A stretch of 57,302 nucleotides of DNA from the NCBI GenBank assembly GCA_964652615.1, contig CAZZAT010000003.1, positions 1 to 57,302 on the forward strand. The letters run 5' to 3'. Both the position numbers and the translations under genes were made by a program. This document shows, one piece after another, positions 39,191 through 48,572 of the stretch (position 1 is the first letter of the stretch; every line of letters starts with the position of its first letter). Under the pieces are notes generated by a model. It was not told where the DNA came from and ran no database searches. It saw nothing but the letters and a program-made list of their open reading frames with translations. The stretch comes from an uncultured Candidatus Saccharibacteria bacterium. Lineage in GTDB: Bacteria; Patescibacteriota; Minisyncoccia; Phycocordibacterales; Phycocordibacteraceae.

Positions 39191-39282
39191 TTGTTGGTAC
39201 CCCCTCAGGACAGGTAAGGGAGATTTGATATTTCAGGTCGTGTAATGCACAGTGTATAAAGGCTGAACCTAGGAGAACTTCG

Positions 39283-39486
39283 ATGATCCCAAAGCCAATT
39301 CCGATGTGGGTTATTGTGTGTTCCTTGTGTGCGGTAGTGCTAGTGCCAGTCTTTCTGGCGCTTTGGCTGCAGTCGGCTTTCGGCAATTTTCTTGCGCTGA
39401 TAGCGTTTTCTGTCCTTGTATTTCTGACAAGCCATCTTCTGCGCTTGAGAGTTCGGCACTACAAGGCATACGGTCCACATCGATAA
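39283..39486 (+). CDS. small membrane protein
   Basis: SD AGGAG, two TMs, terminator AAACGCCGCCCC-ttcg-GGAGCGGCGTTTT at ~39490-39520. Confidence 0.7.
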   Translation: MIPKPIPMWVIVCSLCAVVLVPVFLALWLQSAFGNFLALIAFSVLVFLTSHLLRLRVRHYKAYGPHR

Positions 39487-39612
39487 GAAAAACGCCGCCC
39501 CTTCGGGAGCGGCGTTTTGCATCAAGGAACTAAGGCAGATTTATTGCACCAGAAATTTTCTGGCACGCTTCATTGCGCTATACTCCTCTCCAGAAGAAGA
39601 GGAGTACCAGCA

Positions 39613-39891
39613 ATGAGCAACGAGCTCTTGGAGAAACTCGTCAAAGCCCTTTGGGTATTTGTTATTGGTTCTCTACTTGGCTTAGGCTTGGTAGAAATCG
39701 ATAGAATGCACAAAAGTGAGTACACTGAGACTACGATTGCTTCTGGCGTTCAAGTGTTCTCGGACGCACGAAGTGCTCGCCTTAATTGCCTTGAGGGACG
39801 CTATGCGGACATGACAAAACCAGATGAGACGGAGTCCACCTACGCCTGTCCCATCTATGTGCGCGTGCGCATATACCTGCCGCCGGAATAA
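39613..39891 (+). CDS. small membrane-anchored exported protein
   Basis: TATACT box and SD GAGGAG, N-terminal TM, two Cys; inverted repeat GCCGCCGGAAT-A-ATTCCGGCGGC over the stop. Confidence 0.65.
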   Translation: MSNELLEKLVKALWVFVIGSLLGLGLVEIDRMHKSEYTETTIASGVQVFSDARSARLNCLEGRYADMTKPDETESTYACPIYVRVRIYLPPE

Positions 39892-40004
39892 TTCCGGCGG
39901 CTCGCGTTTTTGCTACGACTTGAAAGGCTGTCCCGACAAGCGTAAAATGGGGGGTATCTGGGCTGTGGGCCTCTTTTTTATCCACCCTTTTCATCTTTTT
40001 CACT

Positions 40005-41885
40005 ATGGCAAAAATTCTTGGCATCGATCTTGGAACCACAAACTCCGCAATGGCAATTATGGAGGGTGGCGAACCGCGTGTACTTGAAAACACAGAGGGC
40101 GGACGCACAACTCCTTCGGTTGTTGCGATTGCAAAGAATGGCGAGCGCCTTGTAGGTACGCTTGCAAAGCGCCAGGCGGTAACGAACCCGAAGAATACCG
40201 TGTACGGCATCAAGCGCTTCATGGGACATCGAGCAGAGGATGAGGCGGTAAAGCGCGATAAGGACATTGTGCCGTATGAGATTAAAGCGGGCACTGACGG
40301 AGGCGTACTGGTGCACCTTGGCGAGAAGGACTATCGTCCCGAAGAAATATCCGCAATGATTCTCGGAAAGCTGAAAGCCGATGCGGAAGCAAAACTCGGT
40401 GAGAAAATTACCGAAGCAGTCATTACCGTTCCCGCATACTTTGATGACGCACAGCGCGCAGCAACCAAAGCTGCAGGGCAGGTTGCAGGGCTCGACGTGA
40501 AGCGCATCATTAATGAACCAACTGCAGCTGCTCTTGCGTATGGCCTGAACCGCAAGAAAGATGAGAAAATCGTGGTCTTTGACTTTGGCGGCGGAACCTT
40601 TGACGTATCAGTGCTTGAAGTGGGAGATGACGTCATTGAGGTAAAGAGTACTGATGGTGACAGCCACATGGGTGGACGCGATATCGACCAGAAAATTGTC
40701 CGCTTCCTTGCAGATGAGTTCAAGAAGCAGTCAGGACTTGATGTAACAAAAGATCCGCTTGCCTTGCAGCGCCTTGATGAGGCTGCGGAGAAGGCAAAGC
40801 TCGAACTTTCAAGCTCAACAGAGACTGAGGCAAATATTCCGTTTATTACGGTTGGCTCTGACGGTACGCCGCAGCATTTGCTCGTCAAGATGTCGAGAGC
40901 AACGCTTGAGTCTCTTTCTGAAGAGTTCGTATCGCGCTCTATCGATATCACGAAACGCGCACTTGAAGCAGCTTCTTTGAAGCCTTCTGAAATCAATGAG
41001 GTTATCTTGGTTGGGGGCCAGACCCGCATGCCTAAAATTCAGGAGGAGGTGAAGAAGTTGTTTGATAAGGAACCGCACCGCGATGTAAATCCTGACGAAG
41101 TAGTTGCCATTGGAGCTGCAATACAGGCAGGTATCTTGCAGGGAGACGTTAAAGACATTCTTCTTGTTGATGTTATCCCGCTTTCGCTCTCAATTGAAAC
41201 TATGGGAGGAGTGGCAACTAAGCTTATCGAAAAGAACACTGCTATCCCAACTTCAAAGAGCCAGACCTTCTCAACCGCAAGCGATAACCAGACATCGGTA
41301 GAAATACATGTGTCTCAAGGAGAGCGCGCTATGAGTGCAGACAATAAGTCGCTTGGCCGCTTTAACCTAGATGGCATTCCTCCTGCGCCTCGCGGACTCC
41401 CGCAAGTGGAAGTTACCTTCGACGTGGACTCAAACGGTATTTTGACCGTGAAAGCGAAAGAGAAGACAACGGGCAAAGAGCAGTCCATTCGTATCGAAGG
41501 CTCTACCGGCCTCTCAACAGAAGATATCGAGCGCATGAAGCAAGATGCCGAAGTACATGCGGCAGAAGACGAAAAGCGCAAAAGCCTTATCGAGACCAAG
41601 AACATTGCGGAGCAGATGGTGTATACCGCAGAGAAAGCATTGAAGGATGCGGGTGATAAGGTGCCTGATGACGTGAAGAAGGAAGTCGAAGAGAAGATAG
41701 GTGATTTGCGAAAGGCACGCGAAGGCGAAGATGCGGATGCCATTAAGACTGCCTCTGAAGCCTTGTCTTCTTCGATGCAGAAGATAGGGGAGACGATGGC
41801 AAAACAAGCAGAAGAAGCTAAGGGAAATGAAGCGCCTCCCGAAGGAACAACAGATGCGGAGTTTACGGAGAAGCCGAAGGAATAA
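40005..41885 (+). CDS. dnaK: chaperone DnaK
   Basis: [37 protein letters not shown]. Confidence 0.99.
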   Translation: MAKILGIDLGTTNSAMAIMEGGEPRVLENTEGGRTTPSVVAIAKNGERLVGTLAKRQAVTNPKNTVYGIKRFMGHRAEDEAVKRDKDIVPYEIKAGTDGGVLVHLGEKDYRPEEISAMILGKLKADAEAKLGEKITEAVITVPAYFDDAQRAATKAAGQVAGLDVKRIINEPTAAALAYGLNRKKDEKIVVFDFGGGTFDVSVLEVGDDVIEVKSTDGDSHMGGRDIDQKIVRFLADEFKKQSGLDVTKDPLALQRLDEAAEKAKLELSSSTETEANIPFITVGSDGTPQHLLVKMSRATLESLSEEFVSRSIDITKRALEAASLKPSEINEVILVGGQTRMPKIQEEVKKLFDKEPHRDVNPDEVVAIGAAIQAGILQGDVKDILLVDVIPLSLSIETMGGVATKLIEKNTAIPTSKSQTFSTASDNQTSVEIHVSQGERAMSADNKSLGRFNLDGIPPAPRGLPQVEVTFDVDSNGILTVKAKEKTTGKEQSIRIEGSTGLSTEDIERMKQDAEVHAAEDEKRKSLIETKNIAEQMVYTAEKALKDAGDKVPDDVKKEVEEKIGDLRKAREGEDADAIKTASEALSSSMQKIGETMAKQAEEAKGNEAPPEGTTDAEFTEKPKE

Positions 41886-41949
41886 GAGGTATTGACAGAA
41901 ACTTATACTTCAGTGTAATATATACCCTTGTTCTTACGAGGAGGGCTTG

Positions 41950-42213
41950 ATGCAAGAACTCAAAGACTTGGTCGTTGAAGTTCTGAAAACGAACAAAAAC
42001 GAACAGGTGAGCTACGAGACGCTCCGTAAGCGCATCATAGAAACGGTGCGCGCTGCTGCAAAAAAGAAGAAAGGTTCGAAAGCGGCGTTGCCGTCGCACG
42101 AAGATCTTTCGACCGCACTGTGTCAGCTCGAAAGAGAGCGCGTGGTGCGCAGCCGCCTGCGTCCACTCCGTTATCGGGCGCTTGGCGAAGAACGCGTCTA
42201 CTGGCTTGCCTAA
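41950..42213 (+). CDS. small basic hypothetical protein, possibly winged-helix-like
   Basis: Own TTGACA promoter (41893), SD GAGGAGGG, terminator ACGCCCGCAGC-atcta-GCTGCGGGCGTTTT. Confidence 0.7.
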   Translation: MQELKDLVVEVLKTNKNEQVSYETLRKRIIETVRAAAKKKKGSKAALPSHEDLSTALCQLERERVVRSRLRPLRYRALGEERVYWLA

Positions 42214-42285
42214 GAACAGCACGCCCGCAGCATCTAGCTGCGGGCGTTTTGCATTTCTTGAGGATGTTTTGCATACTGTCCCCTA

Positions 42286-43350
42286 ATGGCTAAGAACTAC
42301 TACGACATCCTCGGCATCGAGAAGAAAGCGACAAAGGAGGACATCAAAAAAGCTTTCCGCAAGCTTGCTCAAAAACACCATCCTGATAAGGGAGGGGATG
42401 AGGCGAAGTTCAAAGAGATTACGGAAGCGTATGCAACGCTTGCTGATGATAAGAAGCGACGCGAGTACGATTCCTATGGGCAGACCTTCCAAGGAGGCGG
42501 AGCGCCAGGTGGGTTTGACTTCTCGGGTTTTCAGGGCGCCGGTGGCGTTGAGTTTGATCTTGGCGACTTGTTCGGAGAGTTTGGGGATATCTTTGGCGGA
42601 GCGCGTGCAGGCGGGCGCAGAGTACGCCGCGGACGCGATATCTCAATTGATGTTGAGGTGTCGTTTAAGGAATCTATTCTTGGTGGGAATCGCTCCGTCT
42701 TGATTACGAAGGTAGGAAAGTGCGATACCTGTGAGGGAACCGGTGGGAAGCCAGGAGTAGGTCTTGAGACCTGTAAGTCCTGCAATGGTGCAGGAAAGCT
42801 CCATGAGACGCGCAATTCTCCGCTTGGCGCGTTCACGAGCGTACGCAGCTGCCCGTCATGCGACGGTCAGGGTCAGATGCCAAAAGAAAAGTGCAAGACC
42901 TGTGCTGGAAACGGCCTCATGCGCAAAGAAGAGGAAATCAAGATTGAGCTTCCAAAAGGTATTGATGACGGCGAGATGATTCGCATGCCAGGACGAGGAG
43001 AAGCGGCAAAGGGAGGTATCTCTGGCGATTTGTATGTCAAAGTGCATGTGCATCCGCATCCGGTGTTTCGTAAGGACGGCATGAACATTGTTATGCAGCT
43101 TCCCATCAAGCTTACTGATGCCTTGCTTGGCACGACGGTTTCTATAACAACAATTGAAGATAAAACGCTTGAGGTGAAGGTGCCTGCCATGACGAAGGTT
43201 GAGGAAACGCTGCGGCTTCGCGGTAAGGGCGTCATGTATCCAGAAGGAGGTGCTGGTGATCTTCTTATCCGCGCATCAGTCATTATGCCTAAAAAGCTCT
43301 CCGGCAAAGCAAAGAAAGCAATAGAGGATTTGAAGGGAGAGGGGTTATAG
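42286..43350 (+). CDS. dnaJ: chaperone DnaJ
   Basis: HPD motif, G/F region, four CxxCxGxG repeats. Confidence 0.98.
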   Translation: MAKNYYDILGIEKKATKEDIKKAFRKLAQKHHPDKGGDEAKFKEITEAYATLADDKKRREYDSYGQTFQGGGAPGGFDFSGFQGAGGVEFDLGDLFGEFGDIFGGARAGGRRVRRGRDISIDVEVSFKESILGGNRSVLITKVGKCDTCEGTGGKPGVGLETCKSCNGAGKLHETRNSPLGAFTSVRSCPSCDGQGQMPKEKCKTCAGNGLMRKEEEIKIELPKGIDDGEMIRMPGRGEAAKGGISGDLYVKVHVHPHPVFRKDGMNIVMQLPIKLTDALLGTTVSITTIEDKTLEVKVPAMTKVEETLRLRGKGVMYPEGGAGDLLIRASVIMPKKLSGKAKKAIEDLKGEGL

Positions 43351-43369
43351 ATAAGGTAGAATAGAGGGA

Positions 43370-43900
43370 ATGGATGGGCTCGAGACATCTCTCATTGAAG
43401 TGGGTATGGTAGCGACGACCATAGGGTCTGACGCATGGTTGTGGGCAGGAAACTTTCTGGTGCTCATCATCCTTACGCTTGGGCTCTTGTTCTTTGCGAT
43501 GCACCAAGGAGCGGCAGGCCTTATTTCGCTCAACCTTTCGCTGTATGCAGGCTACGCACTCTATATGGTCTTTCCGTATAGAGAGGGGATTGTCGGGATA
43601 GGCTCAACGCCTATTATTCAGGCGGTTATTTCTATAGCGCTGTTTATCGGACTTACGGTTATACCGTTCATGGTTTCCATGCGCCTTACCGCCCCCTCAT
43701 TTGGACAGCTCTCAATTATTCAGAACCTACTGTTATCGCTTGCCGCTTCATTCTTCTTGATGGCACTTGGATATCACGTGTTCGATGTATCAAATATTTA
43801 CTCCTTTTCAGATCCGCTCAACTATCTCTTTGCTCCTGAAGGCTATTTCTTCTATTGGTTTATCGCTCCATTGATAGGACTCTGGTTCTTGGCGAGATAG
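43370..43900 (+). CDS. hypothetical multi-pass membrane protein
   Basis: Five hydrophobic segments. Confidence 0.8.
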   Translation: MDGLETSLIEVGMVATTIGSDAWLWAGNFLVLIILTLGLLFFAMHQGAAGLISLNLSLYAGYALYMVFPYREGIVGIGSTPIIQAVISIALFIGLTVIPFMVSMRLTAPSFGQLSIIQNLLLSLAASFFLMALGYHVFDVSNIYSFSDPLNYLFAPEGYFFYWFIAPLIGLWFLAR

Positions 43901-43917
43901 CCGTATACTGGATACGT

Positions 43918-44055
43918 ATGGGATTTCGCAACACACTCATGATTGTAGGGGGCATACTGTTGCTCACCTCTGCGCTTTTAGGAGACTGGGCGATATGGGT
44001 TGGGGCACCGCTTCTCTTTACCGGCTTTTCATTGAAGTTTCTTGATGTCAGCTAA
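43918..44055 (+). CDS. small membrane protein (45 aa)
   Basis: TATACT 8 nt upstream; two hydrophobic segments; overlaps the next gene. Confidence 0.55.
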   Translation: MGFRNTLMIVGGILLLTSALLGDWAIWVGAPLLFTGFSLKFLDVS

Positions 44056-44599
44056 CGGCTGGAATACGTATATAGAACGCACAAAAGGGATTCCACCTCG
44101 ACCCCTTCTTGTGGAAAGTTTGCAGTACGTACAAGGAAGAAAGGCTCTTGATCTTGGCGCAGGCCCCATGAATGATGCTCGCTATCTCATGTCAAAAGGG
44201 TTTGAGGTGCTTGCTGTCGATTCAAATCCTAATGCGCGCACGGAAGACGTTCCTTTTGCTCATGCCTCCTTTGAAGATTTTGTGTTTCCGAAGGAAGCAT
44301 ATGATTTGGTGTCAGCACAATATGCGCTACCGTTTACCAAACCAGATGCGTTCCCGAAAGTGTTTGAAGGCATACAACAATCTCTGAAGGAAGGCGGTGT
44401 GTTTACAGGTCAGCTCTTTGGTCCACGCGATGGCTTTGCAGGAGCAAAGACAATGACGTTTCTTGAAAGAGAAGAGGTTGAAAGACTTTTTAGTGGATTT
44501 GAAATATTAAAACTTGAAGAGGAAGAATCTGATAAAGAGTCGGCAATAGGAGAGATGAAGCACTGGCATATCTTTTATGTGATAGCGAGAAAACGTTGA
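44045..44599 (+). CDS. class I SAM-dependent methyltransferase (TehB-like)
   Basis: ALDLGAGP, VLAVDS, YDLVSA, LKEGGVFTG. Confidence 0.9.
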   Translation: MSANGWNTYIERTKGIPPRPLLVESLQYVQGRKALDLGAGPMNDARYLMSKGFEVLAVDSNPNARTEDVPFAHASFEDFVFPKEAYDLVSAQYALPFTKPDAFPKVFEGIQQSLKEGGVFTGQLFGPRDGFAGAKTMTFLEREEVERLFSGFEILKLEEEESDKESAIGEMKHWHIFYVIARKR

Positions 44600-44709
44600 T
44601 TTTACGCACTCTTTTCCTACTTGCTTTATATTATAAGATGTGATGTAATATAGAGACGCGGCGAATCGTCGTCGCAGAACCTTCAACCCTAGACTAGTGG
44701 GAGGTTGCA

Positions 44710-45450
44710 TTGAGCGAAGTAACACCGCTTGAAAGCCGCACTCCTTCAGGGAAGGCGGTACATCCGTTTGTATGGGTTCTCCTCACGATACTTGGGGGAT
44801 TCATCCATTATGGATTGTGGGTCTTCGACAGAGTCTTCGAGTACGTCTGGTACCCACAAGTCATCATCGCGCACGGCGTCGTAAATGGCACCTTGCTCAT
44901 GATGGTGGCCTCGTGGCTTATCTGCCTATTCTTCCTCTGGGGCTACGACAACTGGCCCTGGCAATGGCTCCGCGATGCGCTTCGCTATGAATCGCTCAAG
45001 GGGTTTGGTAAGGAAGTGGAAGAGGAGCTCCTACATCCGGAGCCTCCGAAGTTCCTGCTCGGAACGAAAGAGTTCGCGGACAGAGGTCCGTGGATTTTGT
45101 TTAGCTGGCTTTGGGGGCTTATAAAAGCGGTCCTCGGAGTTCTCTTAATTCTGGCGCGGGTGCTTCTATACCTGTTCCGGAAACACATCTTACGACCGCT
45201 CTGGCTTGCCTTGCCGTGGCTTCGACCGACTCTACTCTTTCTCTACCTGTCTCTGGCCTTTGACCCGATGACTACTGCCATCATGATGCGACCGCAAGGA
45301 AAACACACGATGGGGAAGGGTGATTGGGCAATCTTCTATGGAAGCGTCTTTATTTCAAACGCTTCCTGGGGGCTGATGATATGGACTGGGGTTGAAACGT
45401 TAGAGGCGCTCGTTCCTGGCATCTGGGACAAGTTAAACGGACTCTTCTAA
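44710..45450 (+). CDS. hypothetical multi-pass membrane protein
   Basis: TTG start after GGGAGG, Trp/Leu-rich TMs, terminator GGGGCGCGGCA-gtata-TGCCGCGCCC. Confidence 0.75.
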   Translation: MSEVTPLESRTPSGKAVHPFVWVLLTILGGFIHYGLWVFDRVFEYVWYPQVIIAHGVVNGTLLMMVASWLICLFFLWGYDNWPWQWLRDALRYESLKGFGKEVEEELLHPEPPKFLLGTKEFADRGPWILFSWLWGLIKAVLGVLLILARVLLYLFRKHILRPLWLALPWLRPTLLFLYLSLAFDPMTTAIMMRPQGKHTMGKGDWAIFYGSVFISNASWGLMIWTGVETLEALVPGIWDKLNGLF

Positions 45451-45508
45451 GAGGGGCGCGGCAGTATATGCCGCGCCCTTTGCTTATGTACGCTGTATAC
45501 TATCCCTT

Positions 45509-46438
45509 ATGGCTTGGCTTGCTTTTGCCCTTGGCGCAACGTTTCTCTGGAGCGTTTCAAGTTTCGTGGATAAGCTTTTGATTGAGCGTTTTACACCAGA
45601 GCGCAGTGTCGCGCTCGCGCTTGGTATCTATTCGGGAGTATTTAGTCTGTGTCTTCTTCCGTTCCTGTTCTATTTCAATCAGCATGTGTTCTCGATAGAA
45701 GCTCTAAATGCGCTCCTATTTATTGCAACCGGCATACTTGAGATTACGGCAATTATTCTCTATTTGCGCGCTCTGCAGCATGAGGATACTTCAACGGTTG
45801 TGCCATTCTTCCAGACCATTCCCGTCTTCAGCTTTATACTGGGCTTTCTTATTCTTGGAGAGACGATAAGCGGGGCACAGGCGCTTTCTGGCCTTGGCAT
45901 TATCCTAGGCGGTATCTTGCTCTCGCTTGAGATATCAAAGGATAAAAAGGTAAGTTTCCGGCTTCCGCTCATCCTCCTTATGGTGGGCGCATCCGTCTGT
46001 TATGCACTCTTTGATGCGGTGTTTAAATACGCAGCTCTTCGAGAAGACTTCTGGTCAGGGGTCTTCTGGCAGCATGTGGGTATTGCGCTTTCCGGCTTCT
46101 TCATCCTTCTTGCCCGCAAGCGCTATCGGGAACGCTTCTTGAAGATACTGCGCGGGGAAGGAGCGCTTGTCTTTGGAGTAAATGTGGCAAATGAATCTTT
46201 GTACGCGGGAGGCATGATGCTCTCAAACTATGCGCTGCTTCTTGCTCCTATCGTGCTTGTTTCGCTCGTGAATGTGTACCAGCCGGTCTTCGTATTTATC
46301 ATCGGCATGCTCATTACCGTGCTTGCGCCGCGCATACTTAAAGAACAGACGTCGCGTGCACAGCTTTTGTTGAAGATACTCTCCATTATCATCATTTTGA
46401 TCTCAAGCATTTTCCTTGTACTTGCAACGGGGAGTTAA
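45509..46438 (+). CDS. EamA/DMT family transporter
   Basis: Two repeats of about five TMs; STVVPFFQTIPVF.FILGFLILGETI motif. Confidence 0.92.
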   Translation: MAWLAFALGATFLWSVSSFVDKLLIERFTPERSVALALGIYSGVFSLCLLPFLFYFNQHVFSIEALNALLFIATGILEITAIILYLRALQHEDTSTVVPFFQTIPVFSFILGFLILGETISGAQALSGLGIILGGILLSLEISKDKKVSFRLPLILLMVGASVCYALFDAVFKYAALREDFWSGVFWQHVGIALSGFFILLARKRYRERFLKILRGEGALVFGVNVANESLYAGGMMLSNYALLLAPIVLVSLVNVYQPVFVFIIGMLITVLAPRILKEQTSRAQLLLKILSIIIILISSIFLVLATGS

Positions 46439-46475
46439 GCGCATTCGCCATGGTAGAATATAGCTACTTGCGTTC

Positions 46476-47330
46476 ATGAGTTCCTCACGAAATTCCGTTC
46501 GCGTGGGCGTCTCAAAACTCCTCAACCTGGAGCATCTTTTTAAGCCCGCACGATTGAAAGTGCTTACACCGCTTCTTGGCGCCGCAGAAGAGCTTCGTCG
46601 GCGCCAAATGGATCCCCATTTGCGAAAGAAGGTTGAAGACTATTTGAAAGACGACATTCCTGACCACTTTCGCAAAGAACCCATTTTGTATTTAGCGCGG
46701 CACATTGCGACCCCGAATTTTGAGACGCTCCGGTTCCTCCATTTGACTGAACCACTTGATATGTCTGCCATCATCGGCCAAGACGTGAATGATAAGTTCG
46801 TTCCCTCTGACAATTTGCTAAAGCGTGCGCTCGGAAAGCTTTCCATTTCAAAAGGTATTTCACACAAAGATAAGAATTTTCATGAGCATTTTGCAAACGT
46901 TACCGTCATTGATTTCAATAGCTCAAGTGGCAAGCAGTTAAAAGACGTGCGCACGCTCTGGGGAGAGGATTTGGTTGGATTTCATAACAGGCTCTTTAGG
47001 ACTATCTGCAAGAACGACGTGCGTATTGTTGATGACTCAGCGTGGATAGATCGTCAGGAACGAGGGAAACTTCTTGAACACTACAAGCGTTTTCTCGCTC
47101 TCTTCATCGTCCACGGCATCTTATTCGAAGACATCGAGCTTGAACATGAAGGCGAAATACGCTTCATTCAGAAAATACTCATACCAGCGTTTCAGTTTGT
47201 TGAAAAGAAGTTTGGCGTACGGCCGCTCATCAGCCAGCTTATTCCTACGTCCGTAGAAAGCCCACGATTCTGGCTTAGCTATCCGCATGTGGTTCAGGAT
47301 GCTATCCAAAAGAAGCGGGTGGTATCATAG
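46476..47330 (+). CDS. soluble protein of unknown function, enzyme-like
   Basis: 284-aa ORF with alternating helix/strand pattern and motifs LARHIATPNFE, DKFV, FHNRLF, HGILFED; no family recognised. Confidence 0.85.
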   Translation: MSSSRNSVRVGVSKLLNLEHLFKPARLKVLTPLLGAAEELRRRQMDPHLRKKVEDYLKDDIPDHFRKEPILYLARHIATPNFETLRFLHLTEPLDMSAIIGQDVNDKFVPSDNLLKRALGKLSISKGISHKDKNFHEHFANVTVIDFNSSSGKQLKDVRTLWGEDLVGFHNRLFRTICKNDVRIVDDSAWIDRQERGKLLEHYKRFLALFIVHGILFEDIELEHEGEIRFIQKILIPAFQFVEKKFGVRPLISQLIPTSVESPRFWLSYPHVVQDAIQKKRVVS

Positions 47331-47334
47331 CCCT

Positions 47335-47724
47335 ATGCGAAATATCTCGGCCCTACTTTTCATTCTCGTACTCATCGGAGTACTTGTGTCTGTTGGTGTC
47401 TCATACCACAAAGTGTTTATTGCTGAAGCGTATGACGTAGAGTATGCGTCCGCGTGCGATCCTGAAACGCATCGCTGCTTTATGTACGCGGAAGAGTGTG
47501 ACGATACAGAGGAGTGCTCCGAACCCGAATACTATATGGTTATTCGCTCAAGCGCAGACATTTCGACCGCCTCTTGCGAAGCAGGGAACGATGCGTGCGA
47601 ACTTATATACTGCGATTCCGAACAAGGGGAAGCGTATGTAGAAATCCTTGGAGAATGCTCGGAAGAGTCTGTGCCTGAAGTTGAAATGACAGCGTCTGAA
47701 GAAATGACCGTCGATACGGAATAA
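47335..47724 (+). CDS. Cys-rich acidic membrane-anchored exported protein
   Basis: N-terminal TM/signal, eight Cys, very acidic; coupled to its neighbours. Confidence 0.8.
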   Translation: MRNISALLFILVLIGVLVSVGVSYHKVFIAEAYDVEYASACDPETHRCFMYAEECDDTEECSEPEYYMVIRSSADISTASCEAGNDACELIYCDSEQGEAYVEILGECSEESVPEVEMTASEEMTVDTE

Positions 47725-47727
47725 AAT

Positions 47728-48570
47728 ATGCCACACGAACCGCGCCCTCCAAAGACATACTGGTCAATAACAGAAGGAGTCTTTAACTGTCTTATTGATG
47801 AAGATAGGACTGAAGCGTTTGGAAATGCCATACGAAACGCCGTGCGCAAAGGTGATGTAGTAGTGGATATGGGGTCTGGCAGCGGCATTCTCGCACTTAT
47901 TGCCGCTAAAGCCGGTGCTTCGCGTGTATACGCGGTTGAATTTGACGAGGACAATGTAAAAACTCTAAAAGAGGTTGTGCGCCGCAATGGTCTCGAGGAG
48001 ATAGTACACATTATTCATGGAGACGTGACGACTGTTGATTTGCCCGAGCAAGTTGATGTGATTGTTGGTGAAATGATTGCAACTGGTCTTATTGAAGAGC
48101 TTCAGGTACAGGCTTCAAATAACATATTGCGATTTGCAAAACCTGATACAAGAGTTGTCTTAGAAAAGTTTGAAAGCAGCATCGACCTTGTCTGGAATAA
48201 TGCATCGTTCTACGACATGCACTTTGACGTTGTGCGCTATGAATATGCAGGTGAAGAATCGCTCGCCTCTACTCCGCATTCAAATTCTTTCCCGTACTCG
48301 CTTGTTGATTTCAGCAAACAAGTAACCGACAGAAACGTAGCAGTACAGGTACAGATACCTATTACAAAAAAGGGAACTATCAACGGCCTTCGTATTAGTA
48401 GTCGTACTATTTTCTCTGACACCTCAACATTCGGGTTTTCTTTTGCTTATAGCTACCCAATCATTCTTCCTATTCCTCAAAGGGAAGTAGCGGTTGGTGA
48501 AGAGCTTTCCGTAGAGCTTTCCTATGAGTTGTGTGGCGGATTTAACACGCTGCGTTATTCTGTAGCATAA
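47728..48570 (+). CDS. PRMT-like class I SAM-dependent methyltransferase
   Basis: LIDEDRTEAF, VVDMGSGSGIL, AGASRVYAVE, LPEQVDVIVGEMIATGLIEE (double-E loop), C-terminal beta-rich domain. Confidence 0.85.
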   Translation: MPHEPRPPKTYWSITEGVFNCLIDEDRTEAFGNAIRNAVRKGDVVVDMGSGSGILALIAAKAGASRVYAVEFDEDNVKTLKEVVRRNGLEEIVHIIHGDVTTVDLPEQVDVIVGEMIATGLIEELQVQASNNILRFAKPDTRVVLEKFESSIDLVWNNASFYDMHFDVVRYEYAGEESLASTPHSNSFPYSLVDFSKQVTDRNVAVQVQIPITKKGTINGLRISSRTIFSDTSTFGFSFAYSYPIILPIPQREVAVGEELSVELSYELCGGFNTLRYSVA

Positions 48571-48572
48571 CT

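Noticed and set aside
38582-40004. CIRCE/HrcA control of grpE-dnaK
   Set aside because: No TTAGCACTC-N9-GAGTGCTAA found by eye, and no hrcA in the window.
40331-41743. Long antisense ORFs within dnaK, and similar ones in atpA/D, leuS, tyrS and dnaJ
   Set aside because: Shadow ORFs from codon bias opposite well-supported genes; no motifs or RBS.
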